NCBI GenBank assembly: GCA_965223505.1 | Contig: CBDCWP010000007.1 | Location: 1 to 64,000, forward strand | Direction: 5' to 3' | DNA length: 64,000 nucleotides | Origin: Planctomycetota bacterium | Lineage (GTDB): Bacteria; Planctomycetota; PLA2; JAEUHO01 | Shown here: one piece after another, positions 26,156-35,656 of the stretch | Layout: every line of letters begins with the position of its first letter | Position numbering within the stretch: the first letter of the stretch is position 1 | Program-made: the position numbers and the translations under genes | Notes under the pieces: generated by a model | Seen by the model: the letters and a program-made list of their open reading frames with translations, nothing else | What the model was told of the DNA's origin: nothing | Databases searched by the model: none

Positions 26156-27280
26156 ATGCGCGTGCTTGCTGCCATCTCCGGAGGCGTCGACAGCGCCGTC
26201 GCCGCCGCGCGCCTCGTCCGTGAGGGCGCGGACGTGGTGGGCGTGCACCTGCGGACCGGCGTCGAGGCCGACGGAGCGTCGGCCGGCGGCGCGCGCTCCT
26301 GCTGCGGCGCGGACGACGCCCGCGACGCCAGGCTCATCTGCGCGCACCTCGGCATCCCCATCTACGTCGTCGACGTCCAGGACGCGTTCTCGACGGTGAT
26401 CGCCGACTTCGTCGACGCCTACGGCTCCGGTCGCACACCCAATCCGTGCGTCGTCTGCAACAAGAACGTCAAGTTCGGACGGCTCCGGGAGATCGCGCAC
26501 AACCTCGGCGCCGAGATCGTGGCGACCGGGCACTACGCGCGAACGGAACGCGCCAACGGCCGCGTTCGACCTCCTGCGCTCGATCGACGAGCGCAAGGAC
26601 CAGAGCTACGTCCTGTATCCGCTCGACCAGGCGCAGCTTGCGGCGGCCCGGTTTCCGCTTGGGGCGTGCGTGAAAGACGATGTCCGCGACGAGGCCGAGG
26701 CCGTCGGAAATTCCCGTTGCGCGCAAGCCCGACAGTCAAGAGCTCTGTTTCGTTCCCGACAACGGACTACCGCAAGTACCTGAAGAAGCACGCGCCGCAG
26801 ACGTTGGTGCCCGGCTCCTTCGTCAACCGCGACGGCGACGTCGTCGGTTCCCACGACGGCGCTGCCGGTTTCACCACGGGTCAACGCAAGGGTCTACCGG
26901 CGCTCGGCACCGCGCACTACGTACGCGGCGTCGATGCGCGCACCGGCCGTGTCGAAATTGCTGAACGCGCGGCGCTCATGCATCGTGTCGTCGGCGCCGT
27001 CGACATCAACTGGATCGACTGCGACGAGCCCGAGGTGGGGACGTCGTTTCGGGTCACCGGACGCGTACGTCACGCGGCGCCGCCCGCGCCGGGCACGCTC
27101 ACCGTGACCGAGCACGGGGTCGAGCTTCTGTTCGACGACCCGGTGTTCGCGCCCGCGCGCGGCCAGGCGCTCGTCGCGTACGTGGACGCCGCGGTGCTCT
27201 GCGGCGGCACGATCCTTCAGACCGCGCGGGAGCCGCGCGGCGGCTTGAAACCGGCCGGAGGCGGGGCGCAGCCCGCGTGA
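26156..27280 (+). CDS. mnmA: tRNA 2-thiouridine(34) synthase MnmA (three compensating +1 frameshifts at about 26565, 26709 and 26764)
   Basis: [21 protein letters not shown] and TGQRKGL in the main frame. The conserved KDQSYVL and KPDSQELCF segments lie in the two other frames between 26565 and 26765. Confidence 0.9.
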   Translation: MRVLAAISGGVDSAVAAARLVREGADVVGVHLRTGVEADGASAGGARSCCGADDARDARLICAHLGIPIYVVDVQDAFSTVIADFVDAYGSGRTPNPCVVCNKNVKFGRLREIAHNLGAEIVATGHYARTERANGRVRPPALDRRAQGPELRPVSARPGAACGGPVSAWGVRERRCPRRGRGRRKFPLRASPTVKSSVSFPTTDYRKYLKKHAPQTLVPGSFVNRDGDVVGSHDGAAGFTTGQRKGLPALGTAHYVRGVDARTGRVEIAERAALMHRVVGAVDINWIDCDEPEVGTSFRVTGRVRHAAPPAPGTLTVTEHGVELLFDDPVFAPARGQALVAYVDAAVLCGGTILQTAREPRGGLKPAGGGAQPA

Positions 27281-27370
27281 GACGCAGCGCGACCCCGGTC
27301 CCGTTCCCATGCGGCGCGCGAGACGTTTGCGCGCAGCAGAACACTCGATATCAGAGCCGCCTCGCGACGG

Positions 27371-27649
27371 CTAGGGCATCGGCAGCTTGTCCTTCAGCGC
27401 CTTGCCGGCGCGGAACGAGACACCCACGGACGCAGGAATCTGGATGCGTTCCTTCGTCTGGGGGTTCGTGCCCATTCGCGCCTTGCGCAGCGACTTGCGG
27501 AACGAACCGAAGCCCAAGATGGCTACGTCACCATCGCGCACGAGACCTTCCGTTACTGCTTCAACGAACGCTGCAAGCGCCCGTTCCGATTCCGCCTTGC
27601 TGGAACCGAGGATCCGTGCCATTGCATCGATGACTTCGGCCTTGTTCAT
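27371..27649 (-). CDS. hup: HU family DNA-binding protein
   Basis: MNKAEVI...GFGSF...RKARMGTNPQTKERIQIPA...FRAGKALKD. Confidence 0.95.
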   Translation of the reverse strand: MNKAEVIDAMARILGSSKAESERALAAFVEAVTEGLVRDGDVAILGFGSFRKSLRKARMGTNPQTKERIQIPASVGVSFRAGKALKDKLPMP

Positions 27650-27732
27650 AGTTCCTCCCGGCCAGTGTTCTTGACCCGCGGCGGGATCGTATCCAATGCA
27701 GGGCGGCGATCAAACCGGAAATCCGAACTCGC

Positions 27733-30051
27733 ATGAATCGTGCCCGTTTCCGCCACGTCGTGCTCAGGGTCGCGATGGTCGTTTGCTGCCTTGCCGCCAT
27801 CTTCGACCTGCGTCCGAAGACGGGCGCGTCGGAGACGTTGGCTGTCGCGATCGTCGACATCTCGATGAGCGTCGGCGGGGGCACGCCGAGCCTGCCCGAG
27901 GGTCTGAAAGTGCGTCCGCGCTGGATCCTGGTCGCTGACGGCGTGCAGGAGGTCGTCGGCGACGCCGAGCCCGCCCGACTGTCCCGGACGGGGACACAGC
28001 TCGGTGCGGCGTTACGCCGCGCGGCGGAAATCGCGCCAGGCATCGACGTCGTCTTGCTCACCGACGGCCGTGCCACGGGTCCGGACGCCGAGGCGGGGGC
28101 GCGCGCGGTGGCCCGGGCCGGCGGGCGCGTGTTCGTCCTTCCGCCGGCGTCCCCGGCGGCCGACCTCGGGCTCCTCGACGCGCGCATCGTCGCCGCCGGC
28201 GCCGGGGTGGTCGTGGTCGACGCCGTGGTCGCCGCCTCGACGAGCGGAGGTGGCCGGGTGGATCTGCTTCGCGACGGTCGGGTGCTCTCCGCCGCCACAC
28301 TGTCGATCGAGCCCGGGACGCGCGAGCGCGTCACGCTGCGCGACGAGGATCCGCCCGCTGCCGGCGCCGCCTACAGCGTCCGACTGAGCCCCTTCGAGGG
28401 GACGCCCAACGACGATCGCGGGAACGATCAGCTCACGCTCGGGTGGCGCGCGGAACGCCGCTCGGCCCTGCTCGTCGGCGCCTTGTCGCCCGAGCTCTTC
28501 GCCGCCGAAGACTTGCACGTCACGCGCGTCGATCGACTGCGGCCCGTCGATCTCGCCGCCGCCGACGTCATCGTGTTGTGCAACAAGACGTGGCGCGCGA
28601 TCGCGCCGTCGTTCACCGCGCTCGATCAGTTCGTCGGCAGCGGTGGACAGTTGCTGCTCCTTGGTGGCGACCGGGCGTACCAGGCCGGCGCGTGGGGCAA
28701 GACGCCGCTCGAAGAGAGGTTGTCTCCGTTGCGCATCCCCGCGCCCGAAGGGAAGGGGACTGCCGTGTTGCTCCTCGTCGATCGCAGCGGCAGCACGTCG
28801 CGCGAAGGCGCGCTCGAGCACTTGCGCGAAGCGGCGCGAAGCGCCGTACGCGGACTCGCGCCCGGCGAACGCATCGCCGTCCTCCCGTTCGCACAGGCGC
28901 CCGACGACACGTTGCTCGGGCCGGGTTTCGTGGAGCGCCAGGACGACCGGCGCGACGCGCTGCTCGACGCGTTGGATGCGTTGCGGCCGGAAGGCGACAC
29001 CGACCTGCTCGCTGCGATCCGGCGCGGCGCGACCTACCTAACGGAACCGCCCGCGAGCGAGCGCCTCGTCGTGTTGTTGACGGACGGGGACCCGGACCAC
29101 GCTCTCGACGCGTCCGACGTTCGGCGCGTGCGCAGCGAGCTCGATCAGGCAGGGGTGCGGTTCGCGGCACTCGTGGTGAACGACGAGCGCGCGGTGGACG
29201 CGTTGCTTCCGTTGGCCGCGACGCCCGAGCACGTGAAGCTGCTCACGTCGTCGAGTCGACTCCGAACCGTACTCGACGAGATGATCCGCGCACGCCGGCT
29301 CGATGCGAGTCGCTTGCCCGCGCCCGACGTGCTCGACGCGGGTGATCTGCCCGGCGCGACCGGCGGGCTCGACATCGACGGCCTGCGCCCTGCTTGGGTC
29401 CACGTGCTCGAAGCGCATCCGTCGGCCCGGGTGCGCGTGACGGCGGCGTGGTCGGATCGCTCCTCCACGGCCGTGCCGTTTCTCGCGTCGCGAGCGGCCG
29501 GGATCGGCAGCGGCTCGGTGTGGGCGCTCGCATGGGGGCCGGAGGCCGAGACCGACCCGAAGCGCGTCCACGAGGCCAACGAGCGTCTGCGGGGCCTCGT
29601 CCACCGGCTGGCCGGCCGCGCGGACCGGGGGATTGCGAGCGATTGGGAGGGGTCCGAGGTCGTCGTGCGCATGCCGGAGGCCTCGGGGCAAGGCCGCCTG
29701 CAAGCGTCCAGCGGCGAGGCGACGTGGGATTTGGTCGAGGCGGCGCGGGGCATCTTCCGCGGCGCCCCGACCCGGGCCCCGGCGGGGCCGATCTGGGTGA
29801 CGGCCGCCGACGGCGTTCCGCGACCGCTGCGGCTGCCAGCCCGGCCCCCGCCGGAGCATCGCGGTGTCGGCCTGGATGAGGCCGCGATGGCGCGCATCGC
29901 CAAGGCCGGCAACGGGGTGCGCCTCACCGACCCGCAACAGGTGCCGCGGGGCGCGGCGCGCTCCGGCCCCTCCTTGGCGCCGTGGCTCCTCCTGTTGACC
30001 TGTATCCTCTTGGTCGTCGACCGGGTTCGATCGAAGAGCACTCCGGCGTGA
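27733..30051 (+). CDS. Membrane-anchored protein with two vWA domains
   Basis: MIDAS-like DISMS and DRSGS, plus LLTDG twice. Glutamine-amidotransferase-like middle (FVGSGGQLLLLGG). N- and C-terminal TM helices. Confidence 0.75.
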   Translation: MNRARFRHVVLRVAMVVCCLAAIFDLRPKTGASETLAVAIVDISMSVGGGTPSLPEGLKVRPRWILVADGVQEVVGDAEPARLSRTGTQLGAALRRAAEIAPGIDVVLLTDGRATGPDAEAGARAVARAGGRVFVLPPASPAADLGLLDARIVAAGAGVVVVDAVVAASTSGGGRVDLLRDGRVLSAATLSIEPGTRERVTLRDEDPPAAGAAYSVRLSPFEGTPNDDRGNDQLTLGWRAERRSALLVGALSPELFAAEDLHVTRVDRLRPVDLAAADVIVLCNKTWRAIAPSFTALDQFVGSGGQLLLLGGDRAYQAGAWGKTPLEERLSPLRIPAPEGKGTAVLLLVDRSGSTSREGALEHLREAARSAVRGLAPGERIAVLPFAQAPDDTLLGPGFVERQDDRRDALLDALDALRPEGDTDLLAAIRRGATYLTEPPASERLVVLLTDGDPDHALDASDVRRVRSELDQAGVRFAALVVNDERAVDALLPLAATPEHVKLLTSSSRLRTVLDEMIRARRLDASRLPAPDVLDAGDLPGATGGLDIDGLRPAWVHVLEAHPSARVRVTAAWSDRSSTAVPFLASRAAGIGSGSVWALAWGPEAETDPKRVHEANERLRGLVHRLAGRADRGIASDWEGSEVVVRMPEASGQGRLQASSGEATWDLVEAARGIFRGAPTRAPAGPIWVTAADGVPRPLRLPARPPPEHRGVGLDEAAMARIAKAGNGVRLTDPQQVPRGAARSGPSLAPWLLLLTCILLVVDRVRSKSTPA

Positions 30052-30073
30052 GCCGATCTGGGGACGTAGAGCC

Positions 30074-30712
30074 ATGAACCGAATACTCGTGACCAGCATC
30101 CTGCTCGCACTCCTGTCGGCGACGGCGGCCTGCCAGCGAACGTCGAAGCCCACGCGCCCGGACCGCAACGCGGGCTTCAAGATTCCCGACACCAGCAAGC
30201 GCGAGTACTACAAGGGCTCGCCGCAGATGCAGGCCGCGCTGCAGACACAGATCGAGGCGCTACAGGGTGCGGAGCTCAAGGATCAAGTCGTCGCGATGAA
30301 CCGCATCCTCTCGCACGGGGAGCCTGCGGCGTTCATGCTCGAGAAGTCGTTGAAGCACGCGAGCCCCGAAGTGCGCGCGATGTCGGCGTACGGGCTCGGG
30401 CTGCGCCGCGACCCGCGCGCGCTCAACGCGCTCGCAACGGTCGTGGACGATCCCTCGGACAAGGTGCGTTTCGAGGCGGCGACGGCGATGGTGCGGCTCG
30501 GCGACCGGCGTGGCGCGCCGACGCTCGTGAGCGGCCTCAGCAATCCGGATCCGCTCGTTCGCAATCGGTCGATTCGCATTCTGGAGTCGGTGACGGGCGA
30601 GACGTTCGGCTATGCCGCCGACGACGAGCCGGGCGAACGCAATGCCGCGATCGCGCGTTGGCGCGCCTGGATCGACGCCTCGAACGCGCGGGCGAGGGCG
30701 CCGAAGCCGTGA
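30074..30712 (+). CDS. HEAT-repeat lipoprotein
   Basis: Lipobox TAAC. Repeats PEVRAMSAYGLG, DKVRFEAATAM and PLVRNRSI. Confidence 0.75.
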   Translation: MNRILVTSILLALLSATAACQRTSKPTRPDRNAGFKIPDTSKREYYKGSPQMQAALQTQIEALQGAELKDQVVAMNRILSHGEPAAFMLEKSLKHASPEVRAMSAYGLGLRRDPRALNALATVVDDPSDKVRFEAATAMVRLGDRRGAPTLVSGLSNPDPLVRNRSIRILESVTGETFGYAADDEPGERNAAIARWRAWIDASNARARAPKP

Positions 30713-31926
30713 ACGACAGCCGACGCGCTCCCGTCGGCCTCACGTACGCGCCGGCTCTCGTCGTTCTGTGCGTCGTCACGTTCGGTGCGTGCGCGCGACC
30801 GATTCCGCAGACGCCGGGGCCCGACTCAGCGCCGGCACAGCTGCGTCCGCTGTTGGCGCGGGGCGATCAGCTTCGCGGCGAAGCGTTGGCGGAGGACGCG
30901 CTGACGCGGTTCCGGCAGGCGATTCAACACGAGCCCGACGCGGTGGCCGGACACATGCGCTACATCGGCACGATGTTGTCGCTCGGGCGGCGCGCGGAGG
31001 TGCAGCGGGAGTACGAGGAGCGGGCCGCGCGGCCTGACGCCGGGATCGTCGATCGCACCATGGCGCAGCGACTGCAGTCGACGGGCGCCTCCTCGGCGCT
31101 ACGGCGCGTGTACACGGTCGCCGCCAAGCAGCAGCCGCAGGAGCCGTGGTGGCAGCTGGCACTGGCCGAGGTCGAGATCGCGGAGGCCGATGCGTGGAAC
31201 CAGCGCCGCCTCGACGCCATGGACCGCGGGGACCAGTCGCAGGAGCGCGAGGCGTTCGCGCAGGCGCGCGGCGCGGCGCATCGAGCGGACCGGGCCGTGC
31301 AGCGCGCCGCGGACGTGGCGCCGAACATGGCCGAGGTCGAGCTGTACCGGGGCCTGCTGCGGGCGACGGAGGGCGACCTGTTGGCCGGCGGTGCGGCCCG
31401 CGCGGCCGCCTACCGCGCGTCGGAGGCCGCCCTGACGCGCGCGACGCAGCTCGACGCCGACCTGGCGGCGGCGTGGGAGGCGTTGGGCGACGTGCGTTTC
31501 CGGCTCGACGACCTGGAGGGCAGCTTGGTGGCCTATCTGGCTGCGGCGCGGCACTCGCCGGCCGACGCCAGCATTCGGGAATCCCTGGGCGTCGTGCTCC
31601 ACGAGATCGGGCGCCACGAGGAGGCCGCAGCGCAGTATCGAACGGCCGCGCGGCTGCGGCCGTGGGACGCAAGCCTGTACCTGCGCCTGGGCGACGCGTA
31701 CGCCGACGGCGAGCAGTGGGAGCGGGCGCTCGACGCCTATGATCGCGCCTTGCACAAAGACCCGGGCGCTCTGGACGCGCACTACAAGATGGGGGTCGTC
31801 CTCGAGTTCACTCAGCGGCCGGCGCAGGCGCGCGCGGCCTACGAACGCTATGTCGATGCCGGCGGCCCGAGGTCGTCCGCCGTGCAGCGACGCATCGACC
31901 GGTTGTTGCGCCAGGAGGACAAGTGA
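30709..31926 (+). CDS. Tetratricopeptide-repeat lipoprotein
   Basis: GTGA overlap, lipobox FGAC and multiple TPR-like helices (AWEALGDV, LYLRLGDAY, AHYKMGVV). Confidence 0.75.
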   Translation: MNDSRRAPVGLTYAPALVVLCVVTFGACARPIPQTPGPDSAPAQLRPLLARGDQLRGEALAEDALTRFRQAIQHEPDAVAGHMRYIGTMLSLGRRAEVQREYEERAARPDAGIVDRTMAQRLQSTGASSALRRVYTVAAKQQPQEPWWQLALAEVEIAEADAWNQRRLDAMDRGDQSQEREAFAQARGAAHRADRAVQRAADVAPNMAEVELYRGLLRATEGDLLAGGAARAAAYRASEAALTRATQLDADLAAAWEALGDVRFRLDDLEGSLVAYLAAARHSPADASIRESLGVVLHEIGRHEEAAAQYRTAARLRPWDASLYLRLGDAYADGEQWERALDAYDRALHKDPGALDAHYKMGVVLEFTQRPAQARAAYERYVDAGGPRSSAVQRRIDRLLRQEDK

Positions 31927-32459
31927 GTCCGCGTCGCCTGTTCCTCGGTGGCTGCCTCCTGTTGGCCTCGTGTGGCGGCGAGCCCGCGCCGACGTTCGAG
32001 GACCTCAGAGAGGTCGCGGATGCCGCGTACGCGAGGGGCGACTGGCACGAGGCCTACGAGGCGTATCACGACGCCTACGCGTTGGAGGATCCGGTCGAGG
32101 AACGGCGTGCCCATCGCGCGTTCCTTGCGTTTCGCGTTGCTCGCTGTCTCGTCCGCTCGACGATCGAGCACGCCGACTCGCCCGACGTCTCGAGCCGGCG
32201 CATCGAGTTCATGTGTGACGATGCGCTGCTCTGGCTCGCCGAGACCGCGGCGCTCGACGAGAACGAATACTGGGTCTGGTTCGAGCGCGGGTTGATCTTT
32301 GACCGTGTGGGCCCGTGCCGCGATCTGCGCCTTGCGCGCGAGGCGTACGAGACGTTCTTGCGCATTCACGACGAGCGCACGGATCCGCCGGTGCCGCCGG
32401 CGGAAGAGATGAGCGGCGTGAAGACCGCCCGCGATCGGTTGAAGGAGCTGGGTGGGTAG
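31923..32459 (+). CDS. Hypothetical lipoprotein (helical/TPR-like)
   Basis: GTGA overlap and lipobox LASC. Confidence 0.65.
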   Translation: MSPRRLFLGGCLLLASCGGEPAPTFEDLREVADAAYARGDWHEAYEAYHDAYALEDPVEERRAHRAFLAFRVARCLVRSTIEHADSPDVSSRRIEFMCDDALLWLAETAALDENEYWVWFERGLIFDRVGPCRDLRLAREAYETFLRIHDERTDPPVPPAEEMSGVKTARDRLKELGG

Positions 32460-32923
32460 GGCGATGCTCGTGGTCGCACAGGTTCGGTGGCGCCACGTGG
32501 ACGGGTGGGGATGTAGGGGCGACCCTCGTGGTCGCCCAATTGGGCAGCCACAAGGGCTGCCCCTACACGCGACGCCCGTTCAGCCGTTGGTCGCCCGCGA
32601 GTGACTTGGTGACGGGAATCGTGATCGAGATCGTGATCGTGAGGACGTCGCAGCTCGTCAATGATCACCTCCTCGCCCGCCGTTGGAGACTTGCCGGTCC
32701 GGATCAGCACGTCAACCGATTCCGCGGCCCCTTCCGGCCTCATCGACCCACGCTCCCGATCACGATCACCATCGCGATCCCGTCTCGCCGGTGAGCCACG
32801 TCCATGTCCCCGAGCCGTCCCCTACATGCGACGCCCGTTCAAGGGGCGACCCTCGGAGTCGCCCAACTGGTAGGGGCGACCCTCGTGGTCGCCCAATTGG
32901 GCAGCCACAAGGGCTGCCCCTAC
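32456..32923. repeat. Cluster of GTAG-family REP elements between convergent genes
   Basis: Identical 54-bp doublets GTAGGGGCGACCCTCGTGGTCGCCC-AATT-GGGCAGCCACAAGGGCTGCCCCTAC at 32513-32566 and 32870-32923. Degenerate half-copies at about 32456 and 32842. Confidence 0.85.
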
Positions 32924-32925
32924 GT

Positions 32926-35631
32926 CTACGGTCGCTCGCGTTTGGGAAGCACGATCGCGCCGTGATGGACGTCGTCGTCCGTGATCGCCCACGCCTTCAC
33001 CACCAATCCCTTCGTCTTGCCGGCGAGCGGGAACTCGACGCGTGCAGCGCCGTCCTGGACGACCGCCTCCCGGCGATCGATCACCCAGTCGTTCGAGCGA
33101 CGGTGGTTTTCCCGAATCGTCGGAAACTGGGCGGGATCCAGCACGTTCGACACGGGCTCGGGCGTGTGCGCATTGCGGCTGCGCGAGTGTTCGAGCGTGA
33201 AGTGAAGCTCTGTGCCGTTCGGGAGCTTCGCGGCGGCGTCCACCACGATCGCCAGCTGCGTCTCGTCGAACGTCGACGTGAGCTCGATGGTGCGGCGCGG
33301 GAACGCGATCTTCAGTGCCGGATCGCCGAGGAGCGCGTAGAGCCAGACGCCTTCGAGCGCGAGGCGGTCCATCTCCTCTTGTGTCTTCAGGCCCGCGAGC
33401 ATGCGCGCGATCATGCGCAGCGACTTGAAGCCGATGTCGTCCTTCTTGGGACGAATCGTGTACGTGCCGGCCTTGGCCAGGATCTGGCCGAGCCGCAGCT
33501 CGCCCTCCTGCTTGGCCATGAACTGCGCGATCGAACGGCCGAGCAGGGCGTTGCCCGCCGGATGGCAGATGCGCGTCGCGCCCCAGTAGGCCACCGGACC
33601 GTTGGGCTGCTTCATGATCGCTTCGCCGACGCCGTCCTGATGGGGGAGGTCGAAGATCGCGGTCGTACACGCCACGACCAGCAGCGCCGGCGGCGTGCCC
33701 TTGATGTCGATGCGCGGGACGTCCTTGATCGTGAGGATCGGGTAGCGATGCCGCCCGGCCCGCAGGGCGTCGAACCCGAGCGCGAACCCGTGGCCCATGT
33801 ACGTGTAGAAGAGCGCGCCTTCGTTCAAGGCGTCGATCACCTTGTCGTTGAACTCGGGCGGCGGCCACAGGAACGACGACGCGACGCTGGCGAACGTGAT
33901 CTCGATGTCGAACGCGGGCGAGAGCTCCGTGGAGATCAGGTTCCGGAAGAGCCGCTCGATCCGCGCGTCGATGAGCTCGCCGAAGCGCCCTTCGCTCGTC
34001 ACGAAGCGCATCATGCGCCGTGACGCATGGTTCGGCGGAGCGGTCTCGTACCGGATCAACCGGTCGATGTAGGCCTTCATCGGCGCCGCGTCGCGGAACG
34101 GCAGGCGCCCGATGGCGGGCATGGGGACGTCGAGGTCCGCCGGCGGCTCGACGTAGAGCACGTCCGACGGCGTGGCGCCGTTGTACATCGTGCGCGACAT
34201 GACGGTGGGAATCGTGTCGATGTCGACCAGGTCCGTGCGGTCGTACGTCGCGTCTCCGGCAAGCAGCACGTAATCGAGCGGCACGTCCCCGCGCCGCATG
34301 CGCTTGATCAGGAACTCGCGGATCGCGCCGGGTGTCTTCTCACCGTGTCCGAACGACATGTAGATGTCGTTGTCCGGAATGACCACCGACGAGATGCCCT
34401 GGCTCTTTCGATGCGCCGCCAGGCGCTCGCACTCGTCGATGAGGGCCGGGACCGCGATGATGACGTGGCGCGCCAGACGTGCGTACGACAGGGGGTTGGT
34501 GAGCGTCGTGACGCGTTCGATCGTCGCATCCGTCACCTTGGTCGACGCGTAGAGCCGACAGCACGCATCGACGTTGCCGAACCGCACGACGAGCTGCCCC
34601 TCTCGGTCGCCAGGAGCCCAAGGCGCGGTCCACAGCGGAACGTGATCGCCTGCAGGGCCCACCATGCAAAGAAGAGGGCGCCGCGCCGTCTCGCTGTTGG
34701 TGACCCGGAACCGATGGAGATCATTCGGACACGCGTCGAAGACACGGAGCTTTTCGTCGATCCGCGCTTCGACTTCACCGGCCAGGGAGATCGACTCGAC
34801 CCAGATCGAGCCGCGACCGTCGGAGACGTCGTTACGGGGCGGCTTCGGAGGATCGACGGAGACGTCTCGTAGGGTCAACATCCCCGAGCCGTCGGGCATC
34901 GCGGCCGCGGGCACCTTCCACCGGAACTTGGCGCCGCCGGCGGCGTTGTCGATGCGCTCGACCGCGCTCGTGCCGAGCTCCTTGCCGCCGTAGCTCGCGC
35001 TGAGCGCCACGCTGCCCAGGCGCGTGCCGTAGGCGTGCACCTCGAGCGTCTGGTCGGCGCCCTTCGCCGCGCCGGAGGCATGCAGCGGAACCGTGAAGGA
35101 TTGACCGGCCGGGACTTTTCCGAAGAACCAGTGGGGGACGTCCTCGCCGTCGTACACGCGAACGTTGACGGCCGGATCCCTGCTCTTGTCCTCTTCGACG
35201 GCGGCGGCGAGCGGACCGAAGATCTGATCGCGATCGCTGCGTCGCGTCGATGTGACCGGCTGAAACGCGCCGTTCTCCGAGTCGGGCTCGACGCGGCGAA
35301 TCTGTCTGGCCGGACCGGAGATCAGCTCGTAGACCGCCGAGCGGCTGTGCGACGCCGCGACATCGTGCGCCAGGAACACGACGTCGCCCTTCGCTCCGTG
35401 CGTGACCATCGGCACCGGGACACCGCCGCGGCGCACGTGCAGTCCATGACCCTTCATGAGCTGAATGCGGGCCAGGAACGAGCCCGGAATCCGATAGAAC
35501 CCCGGCTCGGAAACCTTGATGCGCCCGACGACGTGCGGGTCGTCGGGGCTGGGGAGAGGACGGTCCTCTGCGACGGCCGGCGTGCACCACGGGAGCGCGA
35601 CGAGCAGGATCAGCGGAAGGGCGAAACGCAT
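32926..35631 (-). CDS. C25 (gingipain) family cysteine peptidase, secreted
   Basis: Signal peptide. YVLLAGD, SDVLY, IGRLP, catalytic YMGHG and VVACTT, and YALLGDP. Confidence 0.88.
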   Translation of the reverse strand: MRFALPLILLVALPWCTPAVAEDRPLPSPDDPHVVGRIKVSEPGFYRIPGSFLARIQLMKGHGLHVRRGGVPVPMVTHGAKGDVVFLAHDVAASHSRSAVYELISGPARQIRRVEPDSENGAFQPVTSTRRSDRDQIFGPLAAAVEEDKSRDPAVNVRVYDGEDVPHWFFGKVPAGQSFTVPLHASGAAKGADQTLEVHAYGTRLGSVALSASYGGKELGTSAVERIDNAAGGAKFRWKVPAAAMPDGSGMLTLRDVSVDPPKPPRNDVSDGRGSIWVESISLAGEVEARIDEKLRVFDACPNDLHRFRVTNSETARRPLLCMVGPAGDHVPLWTAPWAPGDREGQLVVRFGNVDACCRLYASTKVTDATIERVTTLTNPLSYARLARHVIIAVPALIDECERLAAHRKSQGISSVVIPDNDIYMSFGHGEKTPGAIREFLIKRMRRGDVPLDYVLLAGDATYDRTDLVDIDTIPTVMSRTMYNGATPSDVLYVEPPADLDVPMPAIGRLPFRDAAPMKAYIDRLIRYETAPPNHASRRMMRFVTSEGRFGELIDARIERLFRNLISTELSPAFDIEITFASVASSFLWPPPEFNDKVIDALNEGALFYTYMGHGFALGFDALRAGRHRYPILTIKDVPRIDIKGTPPALLVVACTTAIFDLPHQDGVGEAIMKQPNGPVAYWGATRICHPAGNALLGRSIAQFMAKQEGELRLGQILAKAGTYTIRPKKDDIGFKSLRMIARMLAGLKTQEEMDRLALEGVWLYALLGDPALKIAFPRRTIELTSTFDETQLAIVVDAAAKLPNGTELHFTLEHSRSRNAHTPEPVSNVLDPAQFPTIRENHRRSNDWVIDRREAVVQDGAARVEFPLAGKTKGLVVKAWAITDDDVHHGAIVLPKRERP

Positions 35632-35656
35632 CGCCGCATCGTACGGGAACGGGCGG

